Positions 1 to 12,747 are shown, numbered from the whole stretch's first letter. The stretch is DNA of 63,902 nt, filler included, from Octopus bimaculoides (GCF_001194135.2; 8 parts of 6 records of this genome joined end to end with filler, not necessarily neighbours in it); one strand, 5' to 3'. Made by a program: numbers and translations. Notes: generated by a model not told the origin, from the letters alone.

Positions 1-51
<51 letters not shown>

Positions 52-250
52 ATATGAAGACATTTGAGTTCTTTTTCTTACATATATGTATTTGTATGTA
101 TGTATGTATGTATGTACATGCGTGTGTTTACGTATGTGTTTGTATACATGTATATATGTATATATATGTGTGTATATATGTATGTGTGCATGTGTGTATA
201 TGTGTATATATAATTATGTATGCCTGTATGTTTATACATTTATATGTATG
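1..250. repeat. Compound (TG)n/(TATG)n microsatellite
   Basis: Direct inspection; source of the C/V/Y-rich ORFs. Confidence 0.95.
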
Positions 251-515
251 TGTTGTCCAACCCACTATCCGGTAGCGTCCATTTCTCTAACGGTTTTTTT
301 TTCAAATGAATCACGCCATAGCCTTATCCATCTATTGTTTTCATACTCGGTCATAATGGCTTACGTCTAAGATGATTCCCATGCATTCCCTGAAGAGAAG
401 GTTACAATTTTAATATCACACATCCCTATGGATCACATAGGTTGTAATCCTTTGAAACATATGTAGGAATAAAGTATGCAATTATAACATGCGTTTTCTC
501 CATTCCTTAAATTTT

Positions 516-567
<52 letters not shown>

Positions 568-1047
568 CACATATATATATATAAAGTGAGAGAAATTATG
601 CAACACAATGACAAACTAAAAATGATAAACGCTTTGAACAGAGAAATTTCGATTTATTCGCTGCACATCTAGTTGTTTATATCTACACCCATCCATAGAG
701 ACATCAATATTGCATAACCACCAAACTACTGCTCCAGTCTAACTATTACTTACAGCCCCTAAGTTGCGGATGTAGACATCAATACAATTTACTTCAATGT
801 CTTATGGATTTACTTCATTCCATGAAGCGTAAATCTAGATTAAGTGTTGTTGGTAGATGAGAGCCAACATAACTATAATGATTCAGTGAAATGTTCGCTT
901 TACTATGAGAAAATTGATTATAAAGTATAGGAGTGGGGGAACTACCTAACAAGAATATATTGAATATAGACATGAAGACACAAGCACACTTTGTGTTTTT
1001 GTGCGAATGTGAAAATGTGTGTGCTAGTGTATGTTTAAATATATAAG

Positions 1048-1088
<41 letters not shown>

Positions 1089-1663
1089 GTCTGTATAAAG
1101 TAAGATACACAGAAACAAAGTAAATGAGGGAAAGGTAAAGAAAGAAAAGAAAGAAGAAAAAGTGAAGGAAATCGAAGGAATAACTGAGGCTTTGAAAGAG
1201 AGGAAGTGTAGAATGACTGAATCAAGCAAGACTTTAGAAAAAGAAGAGAGAAGTAAAAAAGAGAAATAAAAGATAAAGAGAAATATAAATAAAAAAATAA
1301 GTTAGAAAAAAAGTTAGAAATAAATAAAGAAGAGGAGAAAAGAGAAAATGAACAGACGTAAAATAACCAGTTTAGTTACATAGTATTGTTAGTAATTGGT
1401 TGTCCTAATTCAAAAAACAATATTGGTGGTAGGACTGGTAGGGCTGTGATTGGAAAGATGATTTCTTGGCCCAACATGAAACTAATTCCGTGAGAAAAAA
1501 GGAGAGGAGCAATCGACTCCAGTATTTGACTGGCATTTATTTATCGACTCCGAAGAGATAAAGTTAAAGCTAACAATACCAGGACGTAAAACCAGAGCTA
1601 AAAGAGCCGGAACAATAACGCAAGTAAACCTACTCAGCGCTGGAAAGCCTCTCTTAATTAGCT

Positions 1664-1895
1664 GAATGTCCAGATTTAAAAAGAGTGAACAAGAGTGAAT
1701 GTCCAGATTTAAAAGAGTGAATGTCCAGATTTAAAAGAGTGAATGTCCAGATTTAAAAGAGTGAATGTCCAGATTTAAAAGAGTGAATGTCCAGATTTAA
1801 AAGAGTGAATGTCCAGATTTAAAAGAGTGAATGTCCAGATTTAAAAGAGTGAATGTCCAGATTTAAAAGAGTGAATGTTCAGATTTAAAAAGAGT
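1664..1895. repeat. 22-bp minisatellite (GAATGTCCAGATTTAAAAGAGT): 8 exact copies plus 2 flanking variants
   Basis: Exact units at 1697-1872 in 22-bp register; 23-bp variants at 1664-1686 and 1873-1895. Confidence 0.97.
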
Positions 1896-2707
1896 GAGCA
1901 AGAGAGTAATCATCATTTCTCTTTTCATTTTCTCTACCAAATCTGATATACACCCTCTTTAAATTTGGTTCGTTATTTCAACGATTTCAATAGAAACTAA
2001 ATAGATTCTTAGATATATAGCATTTTTCAAAATATTTGAATTTTTGATATGTTGTATTTCAAAGGCTGGTATTGCAATAAGCATAGAAAGGTAAAGATCA
2101 CAGTTAAAGCTCATTAAGTATGTTTAAACTGTAATCTATTTAGTAATGTCTCGTAACATTGAAGGAATTTATTGTTCTTTTACAAATGGTATTCATTTTA
2201 GGAGATTACCAGTTTTTCGTGATTTATATATTATTTATTAAGCGACATTCAATCCTATGACGTCTTAAATCGCTATCTATTGTTGAAGGAAGAGTATCAC
2301 TGAATTGGTTTTTCTTCTGTAGTAGTGTGTTTTCCGGGAAACTTAAGTAATTCATGCTTTGCTGCATGCTACACTTTTGGTTCTTCAAAAAATAACCCGA
2401 TGAAACAAATTTAGAGTGCCATCAACCGATCTATATTTTGAATGAAAGTCATTAACGATCAGAATATTATGGTTTGAAACTGGTCCGCACCAGTTTGAAT
2501 CGAATGTTTGATATTACTTATCATAAATCATTAACAAGGGTGACCAGTAATTATTTTTTAAAAGTAGACAATTAAGTAGATCTTTCTAATCACTGGATAT
2601 CAACTAAATCGAAGCTACCAAAACGAAAAATTCTTCAGAGAAATTTCTTGATACTGTCATAGATTCTTGTACTACATACATGAAATATAATCCAGCAGTA
2701 TACTTAC

Positions 2708-2871
2708 AGTTATCAAAGGCTTTTTTACCATAGTATTGTTGAACCTCAATGGGAGAAGCTTCAAAATCTCGGATTGCTCTTTTTACGATTGATTCAAATG
2801 CCGTCAAATTGGTCGCAAAGCCTCCTGGTTGTATTATATGCACAGTTACATTCTGTATTATTAAAGCACAT
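2708..2871 (-). CDS. SDR/RDH-like gene, coding exon 3 (164 nt); terminal exon not found in window
   Basis: Acceptor ctttatccag|A completes Arg. Encodes VTVHIIQPGGFATNL...QQYYGKKAFDN. Donor AACT|GTAAGT, phase 1. Confidence 0.9.
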
Positions 2872-3194
2872 CTGGATAAAGAAAGTGTTTTAAATGTTTT
2901 ACGCATCAAATGTTATTTTTTGTTTGCGAAGTTATTGTTAAGTTTTGCTGTGTTGCTATATTCCTATTCTTGCTATTTTAGAGATATAAAAGTAATCTAC
3001 GCTTTCATTGGTGTAAAGGAGAGAATTTACTAATGCTTTATCGATGATGTAGAGAAAGTAATTCATTTACAGTACGTGATTCGAATATTTAAAATTGCAA
3101 GCATTTCTTTCTTGGGATAAAATACAGAATACATTTTTACAAAAATAAATCTATAGAAATTCCAAGGAGGGAGCTGAAAATCTTATTTATTTAC

Positions 3195-3456
3195 CTGAGG
3201 CCGTTTGAATAAGCTTCAACTGCATGTTTTGATATACAGTATGGTATGCATGTAGAAGGTGTAATTTTTCCGAAGGTACTAGATACGTTCACAATTCTTC
3301 CCCTTGACATGCGGAGTAAAGGCAAAAAGGTTGTTGTAACATCTATCATTCCATATATGTTTACATCCATAACTTCATTATAATGTTTCCGAGTCAGACA
3401 TTCTGGGAACAAAAATGTACCCAAGATACCAGCATTGTTAACTAAAGCCCACAAAC
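3195..3456 (-). CDS. SDR/RDH-like gene, coding exon 2 (262 nt)
   Basis: Acceptor ttcacttcag|GT completes Gly in phase 1. Encodes LWALVNNAG, NVSS and catalytic YCISK (YxxxK). Donor CTCAG|GTAAAT, phase 2. Confidence 0.93.
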
Positions 3457-3717
3457 CTGAAGTGAAGAGAATAACTATTGATAACAAGGAAAACACACAT
3501 ATACATGAACGCACACACACACACACACACACGAACACGCAAACATATTCAATAAATACACATACATACACACAAACCCATACATACACACAAACCCATA
3601 CATACATACACACAGAAATACATATAAACACTGATAGAGATTCGCATTTTAAACAGAAATTATAAAAACAAAAGCGAAAGCAATGATAAAATTACTTAGT
3701 TGGAAGTTCTATGTTAC

Positions 3718-4054
3718 CTGTATCGTTTGGAAGTTTCGATCTGACCAATTTTTCAGCCTTTTCAATGTCTTCTTTCTTAGTAACATCCATCAAAAATGCT
3801 TCTAGCTTTTGTCTGCAGCAGGCGCGGAGATCTGCGACCCCTTCTTTAGTTAGGCAAGCAGCAAATACATTAAAACCAAGTTCATCCAGTTGTTTGGCCA
3901 GTATATTACCGAAACCTGTATCACAACCAGTGACTAACACATATTTCTGATTGAAATCTCCAACTTTAAGTGTCCGAAGAAACCATTGGAAGAGAAGAAA
4001 AGCAGTTATCACAATCAATGCAGCCGAAAGTAGTTCGCATGTTGTACAGAACAT
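3718..4054 (-). CDS. Short-chain dehydrogenase/reductase (retinol/sterol dehydrogenase-like, SDR9C/RDH16/HSD17B6 type), first coding exon
   Basis: ATG at 4054. Hydrophobic N-terminal anchor, TGCDTGFG (TGxxxGxG) motif and FLMDVTK. GT donor at 3717-3716 (ACAG|GTAAC), phase 1. An AG acceptor at 4065-4064 (ttttcag) lies 9 nt before the ATG, implying an upstream non-coding exon. Confidence 0.93.
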
Positions 4055-5589
4055 TTTCTTTTGCTGAAAATTAAATAAAGANNNNNNNNNNNNNNNNNNN
4101 NNNNNNNNNNNNNNNNNNNNNNNNNNNNNNNNNNNNNNNNNNNNNNNNNNNNNNNNNNNNNNNNNNNNNNNNNNNNNNNNNNNNNNNNNNNNNNNNNNNN
4201 NNNNNNNNNNNNNNNNNNNNNNNNNNNNNNNNNNNNNNNNNNNNNNNNNNNNNNNNNNNNNNNNNNNNNNNNNNNNNNNNNNNNNNNNNNNNNNNNNNNN
4301 NNNNNNNNNNNNNNNNNNNNNNNNNNNNNNNNNNNNNNNNNNNNNNNNNNNNNNNNNNNNNNNNNNNNNNNNNNNNNNNNNNNNNNNNNNNNNNNNNNNN
4401 NNNNNNNNNNNNNAGTTGGCTTTTGGAAAACAAAGTGAAAGATGTAGTTAGAAAAATGTCTTTCGGCTATTCTTTTCTAAATTAGATAACAGATCTGAAA
4501 TTGTCATATTTAATTTAAAGTTAAACAATGTTCATATGAAAATAATATTCTTCTTAACAAAGTTATTAAATCATTCTATTTTAAGAATGCCAATTGCACA
4601 GCAGCCGACATTATCTCACAGATTGTGGGAATTATCTGGAGGCTTTTACAAGAAGATAATCGCCACACTAACGGGATAATCGTAAGATTCTATCTGAAAA
4701 AAAAAAAAAAAGACCAGTTCGATTTTGCGAGCTGTTATTTTGATGGAAAGGAATAATCAATATTTATCACTCCAGTACACAATGATGTGACAGGAAACCG
4801 TTAACAAGTAGCATGATATATTCTAAATAATACGTTCATACAGAGGAAGGATTGATATAATTACTGTCTAATTTCGTATTTAGTGGTGTGAACCAGAAGA
4901 AAGATGACCTGGCTTTCGAAGAATGTACCTGCTAGTATGCAGAATCATCAGAGTATCGGATCCAAAAACATGTGGCGTTAAGTTACCGCTCTATAAACCA
5001 ATTTGAAATCGTTAACCAGTTATTGGCATTGATTTTTAATACATTTAACACAATTTATAGAATGTTTTCTCACATCTTCTTGAATAGTTGAAGCACATTT
5101 ACATACTAACTTAATTTGTGTTGTGACATATGTAATATTACCTACCTTGTTACCTAGTGAGTCTATAACAAGGCCACTACAAGTAGACACACTATATTAA
5201 GATTAGTAAGCAGCCATTACACATCGTAATTAATATCGTAATTACTATCGGCTATGAGAAGTGAAACCGGTTTGTAGTTATATACTTTGGAATAATCATT
5301 TAGTTTTATAATTATGTACTTTGGAGTGTTTAATAATATGTTTTGAAATGATGTGAATGAAAGAAATGTACTTTGGAATACGTAACCTTGAAATGATTTG
5401 ATTGTAGCAATGTGTTTTGAATATATAGTTTGGAATATGTAATAGTGTATTTGGAAATGATTTTATTGTAATAACGTGCTTTTGAACTAACAGAAATATA
5501 AAGGAAACAGTGCATCTTTTTATTATTATTTTTACGCACGCGTGCGCACACATGTTTTGCTTGGATCGAACGATTCCCTTTTCTTACAT

Positions 5590-6002
5590 CCGGCATAAAC
5601 TAACCCATCCGAATCACATACGACTTAATGGTGCATTATGAAACATTGACGACCTTTGCAATGACTCTGATTGACTTTCCGGCGTTTTTATCAATTATTT
5701 CTTGGACTTTTTGTACAAAGTTACATGTTTTGATGGTATCAGGATCCTGCGCATGCGTTTTGCGTTTAGTTGCTGAAGCTGGAACCCCATCAGTAGCATT
5801 TAGCTTCTGCGGACTTTGACAACGAAGGATCGGGAGACTTTCGGGAAGAGAGCTATTTCTGTATCACTTAGCTGTACCTTTTAAGGCAACGATTGCTGCG
5901 TGTCTTTTCATTTGCTGAGTCAACCTGACGGCTGATATTATTTATTTGAAAAGTAAGGTAAAAAGAAGTTAGAAGGAGACCTCAAAATCATGATGCACTC
6001 TG
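5590..6002 (-). mobile_element. Tc1/mariner (maT/DD37D-like) 5' remnant: left TIR and N-terminal HTH region
   Basis: Minus strand reads MKRHAAIVALK...KRKTHAQDPDTIKTCNFVQKVQEIIDKNAGKSIRVIAKVVNVS with stops and a frameshift. Terminus TA|CAGAGTGCATCA at 6002-6004 resembles the TIR of the 21624 element. Confidence 0.7.
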
Positions 6003-6469
6003 TATATATACTCACACCTTGCATATACATACTTACATATATCTCTCTATATCTCTCTGTATATATATAAATGAATAATATTTTAAATGAATAATATATA
6101 TGTAGTCTATTGACTAATTTATTATTCTCGCTGGACCACTGGTGGTAAATTAAATTTCTAAAATTTCTTTTGCTGCCCTATGATTAATAATGATATATAT
6201 ATATATANNNNNNNNNNNNNNNNNNNNNNNNNNNNNNNNNNNNNNNNNNNNNNNNNNNNNNNNNNNNNNNNNNNNNNNNNNNNNNNNNNNNNNNNNNNNN
6301 NNNNNNNNNNNNNNNNNNNNATATATATGGATGTATATATATGTATATATGTATATATGTATATAAGTTAAACGTATGTTTAAACACGTGTATACACATA
6401 TTCTCACGCATTTAATTCTCCCACACATGTATACATACACCCATATTGTTACATATGTATACGCACGAG

Positions 6470-6507
<38 letters not shown>

Positions 6508-6640
6508 TGTTTGCTATGTCTAGAAATGCTTACGTAATACGAATAGGTGCCGGCCATTGTATGATGTAATCCTGAATTAAAATTTGTTATTTTTCTGAGC
6601 TTTGAATTTACTTATCACACATGTACACACACACACACAT

Positions 6641-6677
<37 letters not shown>

Positions 6678-7388
6678 CACACTTATATAAGTGTGTGAGG
6701 GTGCCTGTATATATCTAGTTGCTTCCGTGTCTCAGTGTTCAATTTTTAAAAATCTTTGTCTGTGTGTCTCATATTGAAATCACTTCGTCTCATATCTAAA
6801 TCACTTTAAACATGTGAATTCAGAACAGGTTTTTAGCATTTCATTCATATACAAGTGTATATATTTTCATTGGTGTTATCGAGGTACTAATTATTTCCTG
6901 CTTTTTCGAGCTTCCACACGACTCCCTTAACCCACACTAAATCACGTTAAGTTAATTTTGTAATGTAAAAGCATTTAATAAAATCAGCGAAAAGTAATAA
7001 CAGAAAACACACAAATAAAAGATTATTAATCAATAGTAAAAAATATAACACAATAAAATGGAAGTTCTCTAAAATACACAGCAAAAACATTTTAATATGA
7101 AATATGCAAGACTGAAATTATGGAAACGAGCAAGACGATTCTTCGATTTATTTTTAGTATAATTAAACAAACGGTGCTGAAAGCCATCTCGTTTGGTAAA
7201 AACCTATAAATTACCTTTTACAAACAACCAACTTACACGGAAGAAAATGCCGAGAATCATAATTAATATTGCTTTTTGTTTTTAGCATGCTAGCATTATA
7301 TAAACATGTTGAGAAGGATATTCGAGGAAAATTTAAGGCAAACATACTCCTGACTTTCTTTATTTTATATGAAAAAATATAAAATGAA

Positions 7389-7546
7389 TCAGGTAACTGT
7401 GTGGTAATAAGTTTGCTTCCCAACCACATGGTTCTGGCTTTTAATCCCTCTGCATGGCACCTTGGGCAGCTGTCTTCTACCATAGCCTATGGCCAACCAA
7501 AGTCTTGTGAGTGGATTTGGTTGACGAAAACTGAAAGAAGCCTGTC

Positions 7547-7615
<69 letters not shown>

Positions 7616-7842
7616 TGTGTGTGTGTTTGTGTGTGTGTGCGTGTGTGTGTGTCTCTGTGTCTGTGTTTGGCCTCCACCACTGCTTGGCAACCGATGTTGG
7701 TGCGTTTACGTGCCCCTTAACTTAGCCTGTAGAATAAATACCAGGCTTTACAAAATAATAATGGGACCTATTTGCTCGACTAAAATGCTTCAAGACGGTG
7801 CCTTAGCATAACCGCATTCTAATGACTGAAACAAGTAAAAGA
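7389..7842 (+). mobile_element. tRNA-derived SINE family A (octopus OR2-like), full length with internal (TA)/(TG)n
   Basis: Aligns by eye along its length with copies at 12748, 13431 and 26038; decayed A/B boxes; GACTGAAACAAGTAAAAGA tail. Confidence 0.85.
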
Positions 7843-7849
7843 TACTCCT

Positions 7850-8385
7850 TGAGACTATTTTATTCTTTAATTCTGAAGCTCTGAGTATTTGGTGCTTTTG
7901 TCTTCTCTTGGTTTTCCCATCGAACGTGTTTTCGTATTTTAGCGAAGTATGTTCTGCAGTCTTTTTATGTGTTTTAATGAAAGTCTCGTATCTTGTGTTC
8001 AGTGTTGCATCACAGGATATTTGAAGGGAAGAGTTAAAGCTATTTCTTACTGACACAGCGTATCTGTTGCAAATGTTTGGATTTCTTAGGTCAACAAAAT
8101 TCATAGATTTTGAAGTTGTTCTCTGTTTTGCTTTTTTCGAAGGGTTAGTCAAATTTTTGCTGTGACAATTTTAGGTCAGAGGTGAAGCTACAGTAAGAGT
8201 TGTAAGCATCACAGCTTACAACACTATTTACCCCTTTACTGTTTAGAAGAATGAAATCTAGCTTTGCTTTTGTACCATTTGGATTATTGTGTGTTAAGAG
8301 CTTCCTTTTTCTTTTCTGAAATTTTGTTTTGGAAAATGAATCCATTCTGTTTTATGTATTCATCTAGCGGTTCAAAAACTTTATT
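7850..8385 (-). mobile_element. RTE-clade LINE, inverted 5' segment (AP-endonuclease C-terminus and linker), decayed
   Basis: Minus-strand TKFQKRKRKLLTHNNPNGTKAKLDFILLN...SD and NRYAVSVRNSF, typical of the RTE APE end and downstream linker. Confidence 0.8.
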
Positions 8386-8389
8386 TAAA

Positions 8390-9912
8390 CTAGTTCGATC
8401 CTTAATTGAAAATAAACAATCTGCGGCAGCCTGGCAAACCATTAATGAAATCAGTAGAAAAAATAATCCAACCAAGTGAAATCTCAATGCAACAAGTGAA
8501 AAAGAGAAGCTACGAATGTGAAAAACTCACTTCCAAAATCTCCTTGGCAAACCTCTAGATGTAACTGGTATGCATATACAACAAATATCAGAACAACTCA
8601 ATATCAAATATGAAAACTTTGCAAATGCTGAATTAGAAAGTTTTTAGAGTACCTAGATTTGATGAAAAACCACTTGAAGTATGGAAAACGAAATGGTTAA
8701 ATGATATTCTCTTGAAGTTCTGTAAAGACGTATATAATCAAAATAATATAGAAACATTACCTTTTGGTGTGGCAAAATACTACTGAAGAATAACCCTTAT
8801 AACAATAGCTGCAAAATTTATAACTCTATGCCGCTTAACCTATATGTCCAGAAATCGAAAAATATTGAGAAAAAAATCAGAATGGCTTTCGAAGAGGTCG
8901 ATCAACTGCCAGTCAAATTTTAACCGTTCGCAGAATTCTTGAAAGGTAAAAATCTAAATGCTTTTCTATTATTCATTGATTCCTCCAAAAGCCATTATGT
9001 TGCTCTACAAAACCACATATTCAGTAGAAGGATATCCCGATGACGACACAGTTTTCTTCGAAATTGTTGTAGGAGTGCTACAAGGTGATACTTTAGCACC
9101 ATATAACTTCTTCATTTGCTTGGACTACATTCAGAACTTCTGTTGATTCCATTAAAGACAATGGATTCACATTACATCCATGATAGACTGATCACAGATA
9201 TAGATTATGCTGATGATTTAGTGCTACTCTCCGATCTAGTACGGCACACAGAAACGCTTCTCCATAGTCTTGAACATTCAGCCAAAAGTATCTTTCCATG
9301 TTAACTCGGACAGTATTTGGAACCCTCCACAATTGTGTAGAAGAATTTATTTACTTAGATAGTAAAATCTCTAGCTGCGAAAGCGATGTAAAGATACGCA
9401 TTGGTAAGGCCTGGGGTGCCGTTGGCAAGTTATCTCTGATGTGGAAATCTAGGTTTACAGACGACATGAAAAGGAGTTTCTTTCAACCAACTGTTACTTC
9501 TGTTCTATTGTATGACTGTTCAGTATGGATCCTTACCCCAAAATTAGAAAGAAAATTGGATGGTGCCTACACTTGCTTGCTAAAAGTGATTTTGAAGAGA
9601 TTGTTTGGAGAGATTGTTTGACCAATGAGCGATTGTATGGGAACCGTCGTTCAATATCAGACATCATCAAAAAGCGTAGAGTCAGATTTGCAGGGCATTG
9701 CTACAGAGCTAAAGACGAAATTGTTAATGGAGTTATTTTGTGGAAGCCTACACAAGAAAAGCTTGCAGGAGATGACAAACCAAGACCTATAGCAAGCAGG
9801 TTTGTGACGACATAAACAGCAACCCCTCTGACCTGCCGAATATGAAGAAACACAAAATTGGGAGGCGACAGAAAATCACGGGAATCTGAGCAAACGGTAC
9901 AACCGGATGATG
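8390..9912 (+). mobile_element. RTE-clade LINE, reverse transcriptase to 3' end, decayed
   Basis: AWQTINEISRK, KNQNGFRRGRST, GVLQGDTLAPY, YADD, RFAGHCYR; many stops and frameshifts; ends near GGATGATG. Confidence 0.9.
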
Positions 9913-11150
9913 TAGAATGTCATGGACTCATATGAACATGGTACAAGATGTGAGATTATAATGAAAATGACTTTATTGATTTGAATCCAGAAGCAACGGT
10001 AGAGTCTTTACACGGTCACTTGATCTGCTAGAAATAGCAGCCAACTATCCTTAAAATCACGCCCTACTGTCTTAAATAAAGGAAGAACGTAGTGGATAAT
10101 GTAGTTCACAGCCTATAGCAGGAATACTTTTTATTATAGGTTGATCGAGCGAGCTATTACTAAACAATAAACAACAAGTGTTATCGAGCAAAACTTAATG
10201 TCGCAGCTAACCGAGTCATAATACTGTTGGGTTCGTTTCCCTCTATTATGTTTGTTTCTAAGCCGAAGACATTTGAGGTTTGTTCTCTGTCTGTCTCTGT
10301 CTCTCTCTCTGAGTCTGTAAACTTCGATAAAGCGGTAACAGAACATATTTGAGGGTTACTGAATATTGCGGTGTAAACAGAAATCACTTATTTCTCTGTA
10401 ACTTTACATTTGATAGTCTACAGTAAACGTTCTGGAAATTAATGAGATTATCAAAGAAATAAAGAATTTTTTTCATATCTGTTATGCACAGCAATAATAA
10501 ATTTATCGGATACTATTTTTTTTCTTCTCATATTATACACACTTATGTTTGTGTGTATGTGTGTGTGTGTGCGTGTGCGTGCGCGTGTGTGTGTAGCAGG
10601 AATATTTTGCAAAGTCCCAAACACCAACTCACTGCCTCGGAATCGAACCCGAGTTATTGTGTCTTCATATTTAGGTATAAGTAAATAACAATAAACAGGA
10701 TACTGTCAAGGTTTGATGACGCCTGCAAACGACTAACCCATTGATGTTAAGAACTAGCCTTTTATCAGTAGCTAGTATGACCAGGAACGCCTTTACCAGT
10801 TTTTGTATCTTTGACACATTTTGGCAGCTGCTATATATATAGTTTGTTTACTCACAAGCTGGTCAGTGACCGTAAGACGGCTAAGATAACGGCTGCACAA
10901 ATTTACAGCACTCAACAACGGCAACAGAATGCGAGGGCGACAGCAGTGGACATGACACAACTCAAGCCAACTGGTTAGTAGAGACTACACCACTTATGGC
11001 TACCGTTCTGGTTGACACACTTGGCTTAAATATAAATATATTCTTTTCTGTCGTTTGTCGTAACGACAATTTTGTCAAAGACAAATTTTCTATATTTGCA
11101 ACTTCACACTGACTCCTTGTTCTTCCATCTATCGACTCAGTATTCTTTTT

Positions 11151-11196
<46 letters not shown>

Positions 11197-11244
11197 CTGT
11201 ACTTGCATGCATACACACAATATATTTATAAATTACGACGTGTA

Positions 11245-11400
11245 GATTCTTGGTTATGATGTCGGGTACACGATCATAAGGTGGTGGGGGTGATTCCTGA
11301 ACCAGGCGACGTGTTGTGTCTTTGAGTAACGCGATTCATTTCAATATACTCCAGTTTACTCAGCTGAAAATGAGTGCCTGCCTAGTGGAGGTGCAGCTCC
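11245..11400 (+). mobile_element. Decayed SINE head and central domain (third family)
   Basis: Degenerate B-box-like GGGTGATTCC followed by GTTGTGTCTTTGAG...CTCCAG...CTCAGCTG..AAATGAGT, resembling SINE conserved central domains. Recognised from memory only. Confidence 0.45.
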
Positions 11401-11499
11401 TTCTCCCTAAAGCTATCACATTAGGGTGATGTATGGGCTGGGCAAGAGGTTCTCTGCCCGTTTGAGAGTATATAAGCACCTAAAATAGCAGGAGAGTGG

Positions 11500-11810
11500 T
11501 ACATGTTGGCACTCCGTCGCTTACGACGACGAGGGTTCCAGTTGATCCGATCAACGGAACAGCCTGCTCGTGAAATTAACGTGCAAGCGGCTGAGCACTT
11601 CACAGACATGTGTACCCTTAACGTAGTTCTCGGGGATATTCAGCGTGACACAGTGTGACAAGGCTGGCCCTTTGAATTACAGGCACAACAGAAACAGGAA
11701 GTAAGAGTAAGAGAAAGTTGTGGTGAAAGAGTACAGCAGGGTTCGCCACCATCCCCTGCCGGAGCTTCGTGGAGCTTTAGGTGTTTTCGCTCAATAAACA
11801 CTCACAACAC
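11500..11810 (-). mobile_element. SINE body (octopus OR1-like); tRNA head presumably in the N gap
   Basis: GC-rich block CATGTTGGCACTCCGTCG...CAATAAACACTCACAAC resembles a common octopus SINE; recognised from memory, single copy here. Confidence 0.55.
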
Positions 11811-12097
11811 NNNNNNNNNNNNNNNNNNNNNNNNNNNNNNNNNNNNNNNNNNNNNNNNNNNNNNNNNNNNNNNNNNNNNNNNNNNNNNNNNNNNNNNNNN
11901 NNNNNNNNNNNNNNNNNNNNNNNNNNNNNNNNNNNNNNNNNNNNNNNNNNNNNNNNNNNNNNNNNNNNNNNNNNNNNNNNNNNNNNNNNNNNNNNNNNNN
12001 NNNNNNNNNNNNNNNNNNNNNNNNNNNNNNNNNNNNNNNNNNNNNNNNNNNNNNNNNNNNNNNNNNNNNNNNNNNNNNNNNNNNNNNNNNNNNNNNA

Positions 12098-12170
12098 GTA
12101 GTAGTAGCAGTAGTAGTAGCAGTAATAGTAGCAGTAATAGTAGCAGTAGCAGCAGCAGCAACAGCAGTAA

Positions 12171-12257
<87 letters not shown>

Positions 12258-12260
12258 AAG
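12098..12260. repeat. (TAG)n/(CAG)n trinucleotide array
   Basis: Direct inspection. Confidence 0.95.
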
Positions 12261-12747
12261 TATGGGTGCACGTGCTGTATCAGCACATCACTACATCCAC
12301 CACTTGTCGGTGATTCCCTACTCCTGGCGGATGACACCTTTGCACTACTCAGGCGACAACCCTACAACCCAAGGATCTGTTTGGGTAGTCGTTGCTGGTG
12401 AGTGTCTTACGAGGTCGGAGAGCAAATCCTACGCCAAACTCTTTTAGTCACCTTTTACGATGCGCAGAGGAAACGTTTGTTATGCAGGTTCCTACACAAC
12501 ACTAAAGCAACGTGAAATGAAGTGTTCCCACACAACACGCTAACCAGTCCGAGAATGAAACCAAAGATATGATGATCGTGAGCATACCACCCGAACCACT
12601 AGGCCATACAATACAATGTGACATAATATAATATAATATGTTTGTGTGTGTGTGTGTGCTTCTGTTTATATTTGTGGAAATGGAGCCCAGTTTATCTTTC
12701 AAATATATTATATTGATGACTGATAAGTAAAATCACATGAAACGACT

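Noticed and set aside
250-389. Possible RDH terminal exon (good acceptor at 390; GRYRIVGW resembles RYxxGW)
   Set aside because: The phase-compatible frame stops after 7 codons, and the frame with RYRIVGW has several stops.
1664-1895. CRISPR-like repeat array
   Set aside because: Units are directly adjacent with no spacers, no cas genes are present, and the context is eukaryotic.
10700-10970. Possible solo LTR (TATA-like run, GC-richer block)
   Set aside because: No TG...CA ends with a TSD and no second copy could be identified.
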